Notes: a model not told the origin generated them from the sequence alone. 64,000 nt of DNA from Thermodesulfovibrionales bacterium (GCA_963716185.1 OY970295.1:1080356-1144355), one strand, 5' to 3'; counted from the stretch's first letter, positions 19,320 through 28,339 are shown. Numbers and translations: made by a program.

Positions 19320-20678
19320 ATGTCAGATAAAATAATGAGAGCACTTCTGGTCATCACGATCGGATTTCTATTTCTTATTTATTGTTCGGATGTCTTTGCG
19401 TTGCCGAGCTTTGCGCGACAGACGGGGATGGAGTGTACGGCATGTCATACTGTCTGGCCGGAGTTGACACCTTTCGGGCGTTTATTCAAGCTGAACGGTT
19501 ATGTACTCAGCAAGAGCACTAAGTCTTATGAATTCCCGCCGCCGATAACCGGAGGAACACAACTTTCATTCACTCATCTTGATAAGGCGCTGCCTCACGA
19601 TTTTGTTAATCGAAATTGGGCAACCCACACCCTTTCTTCAGGAAATGACTTCATGAACTTTCCGCAGATATTGACTGTCTATTATGGAGGCCGCATTTAC
19701 GACAAGATTGGGGCTTTTATACAGGGCACTTACGACGGCGCGGGTAATTCACTTATGCTCGACATGACGGATATTCGGTATGCGAACAGCACCAGTCTGT
19801 TCGGGAAGAATCTTGTTTATGGAGTCACGGTTAACAACAGCCCGACGCTTCAGGACGTATGGAACAGCACTCCTGCGTTCAGTTTTCCCTACGCAGTGTC
19901 GAGCGTCGCTCCCACACCTGCAGCTACACCGATTATAGCAGGGACTTTGAACCAGCAGGTGGGTGGGCTGGGACTCTACGGTTTATGGAACAATTTGGTA
20001 TACGGAGGGGTGGCTGTTTACCAAACGACAAAACATGGCATTGCGATACCTTTAGGAGTCGGCACTACGACCGATATGGTTGTACATGGCGCCGCACCAT
20101 ATTGGCGGTTAGTATTGCAGCATCAGTGGGGCGAACATTATCTGTCAGCCGGCACTTATGGGATGACCGCCGAAATCTATCCAGAAGGAAGGAGCAGCGG
20201 ACAGACAGACAGGTTCACCGATGCGGGCTTCGATGCCCAATATCAGTACTTTGGCCCCAAGCATAGTATTTCGGTACATACCACATGGATTCATGAGAAC
20301 CAAGACAGAGAAGCAAGTTTTGTCATGGGGGATGCTACTAACCAATCGGACTACCTCGATCAATTTATGATACACGGGCATTACTATTACAAAAGCAGTT
20401 TCGGAACTTTAGCCGGAACCGTTGGATTCTTTTCCACGACGGGAAGCAAAGACAAATTTCTCTACTCCCCGGGACAAATTGATGGGAGCAGGACGGGTAA
20501 TCCCGACAGTAATGGCTTTATACTCGAAGCCGATTATTTACCGATGAAACAGGTTAAGTTTTCCCTGCAATACACCATCTATAACAAATTCAACGGTGCG
20601 GGTTCAAACTATGACGGATTTGGCAGGGACGCCTCTGATAACAACACACTTTATGCGCTTATTTGGATTATGTTTTAA
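19320..20678 (+). CDS. outer-membrane beta-barrel protein with one N-terminal haem c site (Cyt572-like by recollection)
   Basis: Signal peptide and a single CTACH at about aa 38. The rest is rich in alternating aromatic/Gly beta-strand patterns and ends in ...IWIMF (terminal Phe typical of OMPs). Confidence 0.55.
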   Translation: MSDKIMRALLVITIGFLFLIYCSDVFALPSFARQTGMECTACHTVWPELTPFGRLFKLNGYVLSKSTKSYEFPPPITGGTQLSFTHLDKALPHDFVNRNWATHTLSSGNDFMNFPQILTVYYGGRIYDKIGAFIQGTYDGAGNSLMLDMTDIRYANSTSLFGKNLVYGVTVNNSPTLQDVWNSTPAFSFPYAVSSVAPTPAATPIIAGTLNQQVGGLGLYGLWNNLVYGGVAVYQTTKHGIAIPLGVGTTTDMVVHGAAPYWRLVLQHQWGEHYLSAGTYGMTAEIYPEGRSSGQTDRFTDAGFDAQYQYFGPKHSISVHTTWIHENQDREASFVMGDATNQSDYLDQFMIHGHYYYKSSFGTLAGTVGFFSTTGSKDKFLYSPGQIDGSRTGNPDSNGFILEADYLPMKQVKFSLQYTIYNKFNGAGSNYDGFGRDASDNNTLYALIWIMF

Positions 20679-21009
20679 GGTTGTATTTTTTTTGCGGCAA
20701 GATAATTTTTGATAGCGAGATACATGTCCTATGCAATTGAATTCGCTACTCCTTTTTTATAGATGTTTCGACCGGAATTCCTCATATTTCTGGTCGGTGC
20801 TATTCTACCGCTTGAACGTAAAATTGCAAACTTGATCTAATCTTGAAGATTGCGTATTTCAAAGTCCACTCCTCACTTGATGAAAAGTAGCTGACACGCG
20901 AATTAGATGAAGGAAATGATAAGAAGGTTACCCCTCTTAATTCTGCACATTTGTACCCGAATTCTGTTATTCGAGCACAAATAAAGAATAGAACCAAGGT
21001 CAAAAGAGA

Positions 21010-21270
21010 TCAATTTCCAAGTACTTCTTTGTGTGTACCCACAGCGGTGATAACGATTCCTTTTTCTGTCAGGAGATATGTCGCCCTGTAATTCATGGTT
21101 ATGCTGAATGCCCATTGCTCAGTACCTGACAGTTTTTCGTTTCTCAGGCTTGGATGAGCTGGATTTCCTACAAGATGTTCCAATTGATTCCAAAATTTTA
21201 GACGCACTTCTTTCGGCAGGTCATTTAGCAATTTAAGGACGGCCTCGGGAAGGATGATATCAGTCGCCAA
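21010..21270 (-). CDS. RelE/ParE-superfamily toxin
   Basis: FWNQLEHLVGNPAHPSLRNEKLSGTEQWAFSITMNYRATYLLTEKGIVITAVGTHKEV. Start set to TTG 21270, overlapping the antitoxin stop. The track ATG at 21333 would overlap by 74 nt. Confidence 0.6.
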   Translation of the reverse strand: MATDIILPEAVLKLLNDLPKEVRLKFWNQLEHLVGNPAHPSLRNEKLSGTEQWAFSITMNYRATYLLTEKGIVITAVGTHKEVLGN

Positions 21271-21535
21271 AATGCTTCTTTGCCGCTTTGACGGACTTGA
21301 ACACCTTAAATTTACCGGCCTTAATGTCTTCAATGGAATCAGAAACCGTTTTTTGCCATTCTTTTTCCCAAAACCATGCCTGTGTCCGGGGAACCTCTAC
21401 AACCGGGCGAATCACAATCTCGCCGTCTCTAACAACGACCTCTACTCGCTCGCCAATTTTCAGAGGTACCTTTTCTCTTACATCCTCCGGAATAGTAACC
21501 TGATATTTTTCTCTAATCTTTACAGTGCTGCTCAT
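21260..21535 (-). CDS. AbrB/MazE/SpoVT-type antitoxin
   Basis: 91 aa. VKIREKYQVTIPEDVREKVPLKIGERVEVVVRDGEIVIRP is a SpoVT-AbrB swapped-hairpin motif. Confidence 0.75.
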   Translation of the reverse strand: MSSTVKIREKYQVTIPEDVREKVPLKIGERVEVVVRDGEIVIRPVVEVPRTQAWFWEKEWQKTVSDSIEDIKAGKFKVFKSVKAAKKHFGD

Positions 21536-21635
21536 GATGAATTACTCCTTTAATACAGTATTACTTACTTACTATTATATTATCCTATAGTATTAAATAA
21601 ATACAATATCGCAGCCAGATTGCCTCGCAGAAACG

Positions 21636-22055
21636 TTAGACGTCGCACTTTATCAGGGGGAGAGTGATTATGAACTCCGTTGCATCGCCGCTCAAAACGG
21701 AAATCTTCCCGCCGTGTCTCATGATAATGGAATGAACATTTGCCAACCCCAGTCCGCTTCCGTCTATCTCGGACGTCCCGAATGGAGAAAATATGTCTTT
21801 TATTATATGCGGGTGAATCTGTTTGCCGTTATTAATGACCGATATCACAATCTCTTTCTGTTTCGGTTTCAGTTTGGTCTTTATCAGGGTCCTCGTAGCC
21901 GAAGCTTCGGCAGCATAACGAACAAGGTCTGCCAGGCATATTGAAAGCATATTTTTATCGAAAGCCGCATTTACTCCGTTCAGCCGTTTACTCAATTTCA
22001 GTATCGGTCTCGGGCTGGCCAAGACCATCCGGGCATCGGGATCATCTCCATGCAT
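21636..22055 (-). pseudogene. C-terminal HATPase_c fragment of a histidine kinase
   Basis: Only N/G1/G2 boxes are present (VISVINNGKQI, IFSPFGTSEIDGSGLGLANV, GGKISV). No HisKA or sensor part. Abuts the GH57 relic. Confidence 0.6.
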
Positions 22056-22485
22056 AAACCCATTTCAGGAGGCCAGAAGCCCTGAAGCTGATCCCGTCCA
22101 AGGAGATGCCTTCCAAGGCCGGTCCACCAGGATGTCTGGGCGTCCCAGTCGCTGTCAGGGATCAAGGGATAAACAGGATGATAAAGGCCGCTTCCGACAA
22201 ATTCGATGTTGGACCGCCTGTAACGATTAAGAAAGTCCTCTATATATCCACCACATCATGAAAGGTTTCCCTTATGGCAGGGTCTTCGAACTGCTTCAGC
22301 AGCGTGCCTGAAAAGCCCATATGGAGCCTTGCTATGTCTTCATAGCCTTCCAGCATCCGGGCCGGTCGGTCGTAACACCACAGAATCTGTCTTGCCTCCC
22401 ACCTTTCGTCGGAATTATGCAGGGCCAGAAGATTTCCGAGCGGCTGATGCATATTCAGTCCAAGTGCGTGATAGACTTCAGCCAT
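22001..22485 (-). pseudogene. N-terminal relic of a GH57 glycoside hydrolase gene (frameshifted and truncated)
   Basis: MAEVYHALGLNMHQPLGNL...GFSGTLLKQFEDP, then after a frame change at about 22243 ...NIEFVGSGLYHPVYPLIPDSDWDAQ...GFWPPEMG. These are GH57 N-terminal motifs. Reading ends at the junction with the kinase fragment. Confidence 0.6.
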
Positions 22486-22596
22486 CAGTATTCACCTCCA
22501 TATACTTTTACAAGGTATCACAAATCAGAGTTCGCCGCAACAAAAAGAAGAGATCTTCCGGTAGCCCTTCAGTGGAGCGTATGACGCGGCGAAGCA

Positions 22597-22677
22597 AGAA
22601 AGATTTCCGACGCGCTTGCGCTTGCGGGAATGACAACCGGAGTGAATTGTCATTCCGGCTTGTCCGGAATCTTTCTT
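22597..22677. repeat. REP-like composite hairpin repeat (units B then A)
   Basis: GATTTCCGACGCGCTTGCGCTTGCGGGAATGACA ... TGTCATTCCGGCTTGTCCGGAATCTTTC. Both units recur at 28190-28268. Confidence 0.8.
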
Positions 22678-22758
22678 AAATGCCACGATTGACTGAAGGG
22701 TTACGGTCTTCCGCTCTGATGCATGGACATAAGCCCTGATAGAAGATAAAATTATAGA

Positions 22759-25700
22759 ATGGCGTACAGCGAAACGATCACCACGGAAAGTGGTATTACA
22801 ATCAGGATAGAAAAAAGCGTTTTTGACAATGCTGCGGAAGTAGTTTTTCGAATTGAAGGCCATATGGATTGCCTGCTTCATTGGGGACTTCGTCGCAACC
22901 CGTATATGCCCTGGCAGGTCCCCCCGGAGCACGCCTGGCCCGAGGGCAGCAGGCCATTCGACCATACAGCGCTACAAAGCCCCTTTATCCGAAAAAACGG
23001 CTCCGGAGAAATCATTATCAGATTGGACCTTGCCACGGGTTTCAGGCTGCTTGATTTTGTCCTTTTTTTACCGGTACAAGGCCGCTGGGACAATAACCAT
23101 GGCAGGAACTACCGCGTCGAAATTCCATCTGCCGGGAAAGAAGCATCTCATGAACCGTCCCTTGGTAATCCGGACCTCGATCATATCGCGGGTGAAATCA
23201 TTGAGAAGGAAATGAGCCGGAACTCATGGACATTGATGCACCGTTTCAATCTCTGTCACGTCCTGCTGGATAAAATCAGGAGCACTGATCTTGACGGGAT
23301 GGCGCTTATCTTCGTGTGGCTGCGATTTTCGGCCATCAGGCAGCTGGACTGGCAGCGAAATTACAATACCAAGCCGAGGGAACTGGGACACGCCATGGAC
23401 CGGCTGACTCTTAAACTCGCGGACCGTTATGTAAAAGAGAAGGGCGAGCGTGAAATAATCAGGCTGATAATGACCACCCTCGGACGGGGAAGTAATGCGC
23501 AGCGTGTCCGGGACGAGGTCTTGAATATCATGCACCGCCATCATATCCATGAAGTAGCCGGCCACTTCATGGAGGAGTGGCATCAGAAACTGCACAACAA
23601 CACTACACCGGACGACATCGTTATTTGTGAAGCCTACCTCGAGTTTTTAAGAAGCAACGGGAACCTCAATCGGTTCTATCAAAGGCTCGGGGAAGGGGGC
23701 GTGACAAAGGAAAGGCTGGAAAGCTACGAACGCCCGATAAAATCCGATCCTGATTTTATTCCGTATCTGAAAGACGCGCTGACCGGTGATTTCGAACATT
23801 TCCTGGGGATCCTGAGGGAGGTGCATGCCGGCAGCGATCTCGGTGTGGCAATTCAGGCATCGCGGTACCTTTTCGATGCTGAAATGCACAGCCTCATGGA
23901 TTTTATCTGGTCACACCAGAATGACAGTGATATAAGCCTGATCTTGAAAAAGATCACGGAATCGCGCCTGCGTATGGCGACGCACGGGATCGAAGAGCCT
24001 TCATACAAAGTGCGTGACCTTCTCTTCCTCGACATCGCATTGGAAGATTTCCTGCGCGTTGTGGTAGAACGAAACCTCGGTCCTCAAATGAGCAGCGATC
24101 AACTTGTGGAGATGATTACGGAAGTTCTCGAAAACCTCTGTATCTCGAATAAAGATCCCGAGCTTCAAAACTGTCTGGACCAGTGGAAGCGTCTCAAAAA
24201 ACTTCCGCGTTCCGGAAAGGAGTGGCCGCTCCATGCACAAGCGGTCCTCGAACGCATAGGGCGCGCTCTTGGCTCCTTCAGCGACCGCTATAGCAGACTA
24301 CTGCAGCCTAAGGCGGAGTTCCTCGGCGGTGCCTTTCATGCAGATCCATGGACGATCGACCTTTTCAGCGAAGAAGTCCTGCGCGGTCGTCCCGCATTTG
24401 TTCTTTCGATGATTTTGCGCTACCTTGATCCTATCTTGCGAAAGAGCGCCGACCTTGGCAACTGGCAGGTGGTCAGCAGGGGGCGCGGTACAGGAGAAGT
24501 AAAAGTTGTAGATACTTTAAAAGATGTTCAGGGAGAAAGTTTTGCTCATCCTGTTGTCCTGATCACCGGGAAAATAACCGGGGATGAAGAAATACCACAG
24601 GGAGTTGCTGCAATTGTCACACCTTCGCTGATCGATAGTCTGTCCCATCTCGCTATCCGTGCGAGAAATGCCGGAGTGCTGTTTGCGATCTGTTATGATC
24701 CTGAGACCATCAGCAGATTAAAATCTCTTGGCGGCCGTGTGCTCAGGCTCAGCATCAGGAATTCCAACGACATCAGTTTTGAAGAAAGCCATGAGGAGAT
24801 AGGCGGTCTGCCGACCCGTCCAGTCGAAGTTCATGCGATTACAGCCCGGAGAGGTTTCACAGTTTATGCCCTGCCCATGGGTGATTTCAATGAGAGCAAC
24901 GTCGGATATAAATCAAACAAGCTCAGAAATATCCAGGGGAAGTTGCCGGCATGGATAGGTATTCCGGCTTCGGCAGCCCTGCCCTTCGGGGTTCTTGAAA
25001 AGGTACTTGCTGAAGAGAATAATAAAGATATTGCAGAGAAATATGCGGAACTGACAAGACAAATCGAGAACGCGCAGGGGAAAGAGAGGCTGGAGGCGCT
25101 TGCCGAACTGCGCAAGGTTATGCTGGCCATTAAGGCCCCGGAAGAACTTGTCACTTCTCTTCGAAGGGTTATGGAGGAAACAGGACTTGGATGGCCTTCC
25201 GAATGGGATGAGGCGTGGATGCGCATCAAACGCGTATGGAGTTCAAAATGGAACGAGAGGGCTTATCTGAGCCGGAAGGCCAACGGGATTCCCCACGATG
25301 CTCTCGCAATGTCAGTGCTCATTCAGCGAGTGGTCGAATCCGATTACAGTTTCGTAGTCCACACTGTCAACCCTCTTACAGGGGCAAAAGATGAGATTTA
25401 TGCGGAAGTAGTATCCGGTCTCGGTGAAACGCTCGCTGCAAACTATCCCGGAAGGGCGCTTGCCTTCACATGTAAAAAAGCAGGGAAAGAGCCCCATCTC
25501 CTGTCTTTCCCGAGCAAGAGTACGGGCCTGTACGGAGGCGGCCTTATTTTCCGTTCAGACTCAAATGGAGAAGATCTTGCGGGTTATGCAGGAGCGGGGC
25601 TATATGACAGTTTCATGCTTCCGCAGCCGCGCAGTGTTTCTCCGGACTATGCACGCGACAACCTTGTCTGGGATGAAAGTTTCCGCAAGGACCTCCTTAC

Positions 25701-25830
25701 TGCCATAGCAGACATCGGCAGGATTGTTGAAGATGTGATGAAATTTCCCCAGGACATCGAGGGAGCATACTCAAGAGGTCAATATTCCGTTGTACAGACT
25801 CGTCCGCAGGTGGGGATAGAGAATGATTGA
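22759..25830 (+). CDS. alpha-glucan,water dikinase (GWD)-like protein with CBM45-like N-terminus
   Basis: 1023 aa. Phosphohistidine loop GDEEIPQGVAAIVTPSLIDSLSHLAIRARNAGVLFAICYD. ATP-grasp part VWSSKWNERAYLSRKANGIPHDALAMSVLIQRVVESDYSFVVHTVNPLTG..EIYAEVVSGLGETLAANYPGRALAF...IFRSDSNGEDLAGYAGAGLYDS. N-terminus LLHWGL....PWQVPP..WPEGS...RWDNNHGRNYRVEI. Confidence 0.75.
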   Translation: MAYSETITTESGITIRIEKSVFDNAAEVVFRIEGHMDCLLHWGLRRNPYMPWQVPPEHAWPEGSRPFDHTALQSPFIRKNGSGEIIIRLDLATGFRLLDFVLFLPVQGRWDNNHGRNYRVEIPSAGKEASHEPSLGNPDLDHIAGEIIEKEMSRNSWTLMHRFNLCHVLLDKIRSTDLDGMALIFVWLRFSAIRQLDWQRNYNTKPRELGHAMDRLTLKLADRYVKEKGEREIIRLIMTTLGRGSNAQRVRDEVLNIMHRHHIHEVAGHFMEEWHQKLHNNTTPDDIVICEAYLEFLRSNGNLNRFYQRLGEGGVTKERLESYERPIKSDPDFIPYLKDALTGDFEHFLGILREVHAGSDLGVAIQASRYLFDAEMHSLMDFIWSHQNDSDISLILKKITESRLRMATHGIEEPSYKVRDLLFLDIALEDFLRVVVERNLGPQMSSDQLVEMITEVLENLCISNKDPELQNCLDQWKRLKKLPRSGKEWPLHAQAVLERIGRALGSFSDRYSRLLQPKAEFLGGAFHADPWTIDLFSEEVLRGRPAFVLSMILRYLDPILRKSADLGNWQVVSRGRGTGEVKVVDTLKDVQGESFAHPVVLITGKITGDEEIPQGVAAIVTPSLIDSLSHLAIRARNAGVLFAICYDPETISRLKSLGGRVLRLSIRNSNDISFEESHEEIGGLPTRPVEVHAITARRGFTVYALPMGDFNESNVGYKSNKLRNIQGKLPAWIGIPASAALPFGVLEKVLAEENNKDIAEKYAELTRQIENAQGKERLEALAELRKVMLAIKAPEELVTSLRRVMEETGLGWPSEWDEAWMRIKRVWSSKWNERAYLSRKANGIPHDALAMSVLIQRVVESDYSFVVHTVNPLTGAKDEIYAEVVSGLGETLAANYPGRALAFTCKKAGKEPHLLSFPSKSTGLYGGGLIFRSDSNGEDLAGYAGAGLYDSFMLPQPRSVSPDYARDNLVWDESFRKDLLTAIADIGRIVEDVMKFPQDIEGAYSRGQYSVVQTRPQVGIEND

Positions 25831-28009
25831 AACAAAGCAGGTCCGCATCGGCAGTCAGAGCTCTTTCTCCGCGCATCCATTATTGCAGCCGTTTGAATAT
25901 GCCGTGGCTCATGGTTTCGACGCCTTTGAGTGGCTCCCTGACAAAAAAGAGTCCGGAGAAGGCTGGACCGAAGAGGACATGTCGAAGGAAACGCGGGTCG
26001 TCGTCAGGGAAACCGCACGCGCAAGAGACATCGACCTTTCAGTTCATGCTTCTCTTCAGACAAACGCCGGGAAACAAGGGGCAGGCGGATTATTCGAAAA
26101 AAGTGTTGAGTTTGCCCTGGATATCGGCGCAAAACTTTTCAATATTCATTTTCATCCGGGTGAAGGGATCGAGGCTTACGTCGAATCAATCACGCCGTTA
26201 ATGGAGATCTTATCACAGGCAGGCATCAGGCTTTCTGTTGAGAATACCCCGGACACGGCCCCCCAGGATTTCAACAGACTGTTCAGATATCTCATCAATC
26301 TGCGTCCTCCTTATCTTTCTTCCATCGGGATGTGCCTGGACATCGGCCATGCCAACCTCTGCGAACAGACCCGGAACGACTATCTCAAATACATTGACCT
26401 GCTCGATCCCATTGTACCGGTCACTCACATTCATATGCATGAAAACTACGGGGATTATGACAGCCACCTCACGATTTTTACCGGCCCGGCGGGGAGGGAC
26501 CCATCAGGAATAAGGGGCCTCATAGAACGCATGAAGAAGCGGGGGTTTTCGGGCTCTGTCATCCTTGAGCAATGGCCTGAGCCTCCTGACTTGCTCGACA
26601 ATGCCCGAAACAGACTTCTTGATATGATCGCCGGTTCTCCTGAGTTTTTCAGGACACATACTCATGGGTTCTTATATCGGCAGCGTGCCGGTGAAAAAGA
26701 GGGCACGAAAAAGGGCAAGGGGATGATCATCTATAATTTATTCCCTCTCCTCGCCGGCAAATTTACTGGATGGGAAAGTCATTTATCGAGGGCGTCAGAG
26801 ATGGGCTTTACCTGGGTCTTTGTTAATCCCATTCAGCTTCCCGGGTCTTCCGGAAGCATCTATTCTATAAAAGATTATTTCAGTTTCAACCCCCTTTTGA
26901 TCGATTCAAAAAGTGCGGAAACTCCTCAGAAACAGATAGAGGAGACGATAAAGACCGCTGAAAAGCTGGGTCTCAAGATGATGGTAGACCTTGTGATAAA
27001 CCACTGTGCAGCCGATTCGGATCTGATCAGATCACATCCCGAATGGTTCCTCCGTGATGGAAAGGGCCGTATCGCTCATCCCTTTGCAAGCGAGGACGGG
27101 AAGAAGGTGGTATGGAAAGACCTCGCGCAGTTCGACCATAGAAATACGAGGGACAAAGAGGGTATCTTCCTTTTTTCCCTCGGTGTAGTGAAGTTTCTTG
27201 CCGAGCTCGGTTTTAAGGGGTTCAGGTGTGATGCCGCGTATCAAATTCCTGCGAGTCTGTGGGAAAGGCTCATTAGGGAAGCGAAGAAGACATACCCTGA
27301 CCTTATCTTTTTTGCCGAGACGCTCGGGTCCACTCCCGACTTGACAAGAAAAACTGCCGCATCCGGTTTTGATTATATATTCAATAGTTCAAAGTGGTGG
27401 GATTTCAACAGCCAATGGCTGATGCAGCAATATGATCTTACGCGCGGAATCGCCCTTTCCATCAGCTTCCCTGAAAGCCACGATACGGCGAGACTCAGCG
27501 AGGAATTGAACGGGAACACGGACGGGCTTAAACAGCGGTACCTTTTTTCCGCCTTGTTTTCGGCAGGAGTGATGATGCCTGTTGGGTTCGAATTCGGTTT
27601 TCGGAAGAGACTGCACGTCGTGAAAACAAGGCCCGAAGATTGGGAAGAAACAGGCATTGACCTGACCTCTTATATAACCGAAGTGAACAAGATTAAGGCG
27701 GAGCACGCGATCTTTCAGGAAGATGCCCCGACACAGATACTTCGTCACAGGAACGCGGGAGTCTTGCTCATGTGGAAGGCATCCACTCACATACAGGAAG
27801 AATCCCTGCTTATTCTCAATAAGGACATTTACAACAAGCAACATTTTTACGAAGAAAACCTTCAAAAATATTTACAGGCTAGGGCCCCCCTCATTGACGT
27901 CTCTCCCGAATATCCACTGGACTATATCCCTGTGCCTTTTTCCTACGAACTGCAGCCGGGACAGGGCATCGTGATGATAACTTCAAGAGACAACGTATCC
28001 GAAGATTGA
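25823..28009 (+). CDS. fusion of a xylose-isomerase-like TIM-barrel domain and a GH13 alpha-amylase-family (GlgE-like) catalytic domain
   Basis: ATGATTGA overlap with the upstream stop. aa 1-290: LDIGHANL, THIHMHENYGDYDSHL, ILEQWP (AP_endonuc_2/sugar-phosphate isomerase fold). aa 300-728: IIYNLFPLLAG...MGFTWVFVNPIQ, VDLVINHCA, GFRCDAAYQIP, FFAETLG, ESHDTARL (GH13 regions I-IV). Confidence 0.7.
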   Translation: MIETKQVRIGSQSSFSAHPLLQPFEYAVAHGFDAFEWLPDKKESGEGWTEEDMSKETRVVVRETARARDIDLSVHASLQTNAGKQGAGGLFEKSVEFALDIGAKLFNIHFHPGEGIEAYVESITPLMEILSQAGIRLSVENTPDTAPQDFNRLFRYLINLRPPYLSSIGMCLDIGHANLCEQTRNDYLKYIDLLDPIVPVTHIHMHENYGDYDSHLTIFTGPAGRDPSGIRGLIERMKKRGFSGSVILEQWPEPPDLLDNARNRLLDMIAGSPEFFRTHTHGFLYRQRAGEKEGTKKGKGMIIYNLFPLLAGKFTGWESHLSRASEMGFTWVFVNPIQLPGSSGSIYSIKDYFSFNPLLIDSKSAETPQKQIEETIKTAEKLGLKMMVDLVINHCAADSDLIRSHPEWFLRDGKGRIAHPFASEDGKKVVWKDLAQFDHRNTRDKEGIFLFSLGVVKFLAELGFKGFRCDAAYQIPASLWERLIREAKKTYPDLIFFAETLGSTPDLTRKTAASGFDYIFNSSKWWDFNSQWLMQQYDLTRGIALSISFPESHDTARLSEELNGNTDGLKQRYLFSALFSAGVMMPVGFEFGFRKRLHVVKTRPEDWEETGIDLTSYITEVNKIKAEHAIFQEDAPTQILRHRNAGVLLMWKASTHIQEESLLILNKDIYNKQHFYEENLQKYLQARAPLIDVSPEYPLDYIPVPFSYELQPGQGIVMITSRDNVSED

Positions 28010-28189
28010 AACAATTTGTTACATCCGGAATGTTGTATCGGCACCTCACTTTTAATCGGGCACGGTACGGGCTTAACTCACATCACCTAAATGCAAATAA
28101 ATCGGGACAGGTGCTGCAAGTCCATACCCACATTAGTACAGCGCGACGAAATAGTGTCTATTTATAAACTCGATTAGTTACCATTTATC

Positions 28190-28268
28190 TGTCATTCCGG
28201 CTTGTCCGGAATCTTTCCGATGGCGTCTAAGAAGGATTCCCGACGCGCTTCACTTGCGGGAATGACAG
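28190..28268. repeat. REP-like composite hairpin repeat (units A then B)
   Basis: TGTCATTCCGGCTTGTCCGGAATCTTTC-N17-GATTCCCGACGCGCTTCACTTGCGGGAATGACA. Same units and orientation as 22597-22677 but in swapped order. Confidence 0.8.
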
Positions 28269-28339
28269 TTTTCTGAGTTTCTGGGTACCTTATGAACAGA
28301 GACTAAATATTCAGCTTTGTCGGAGGAAATATACCTATT

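Noticed and set aside
20800-21115. Track ORFs 20800-21003 and 20903-21115 (minus), and 15770-16066 (plus)
   Set aside because: AT-rich and low-complexity, with no RBS or motifs. One overlaps the toxin gene. Judged spurious.
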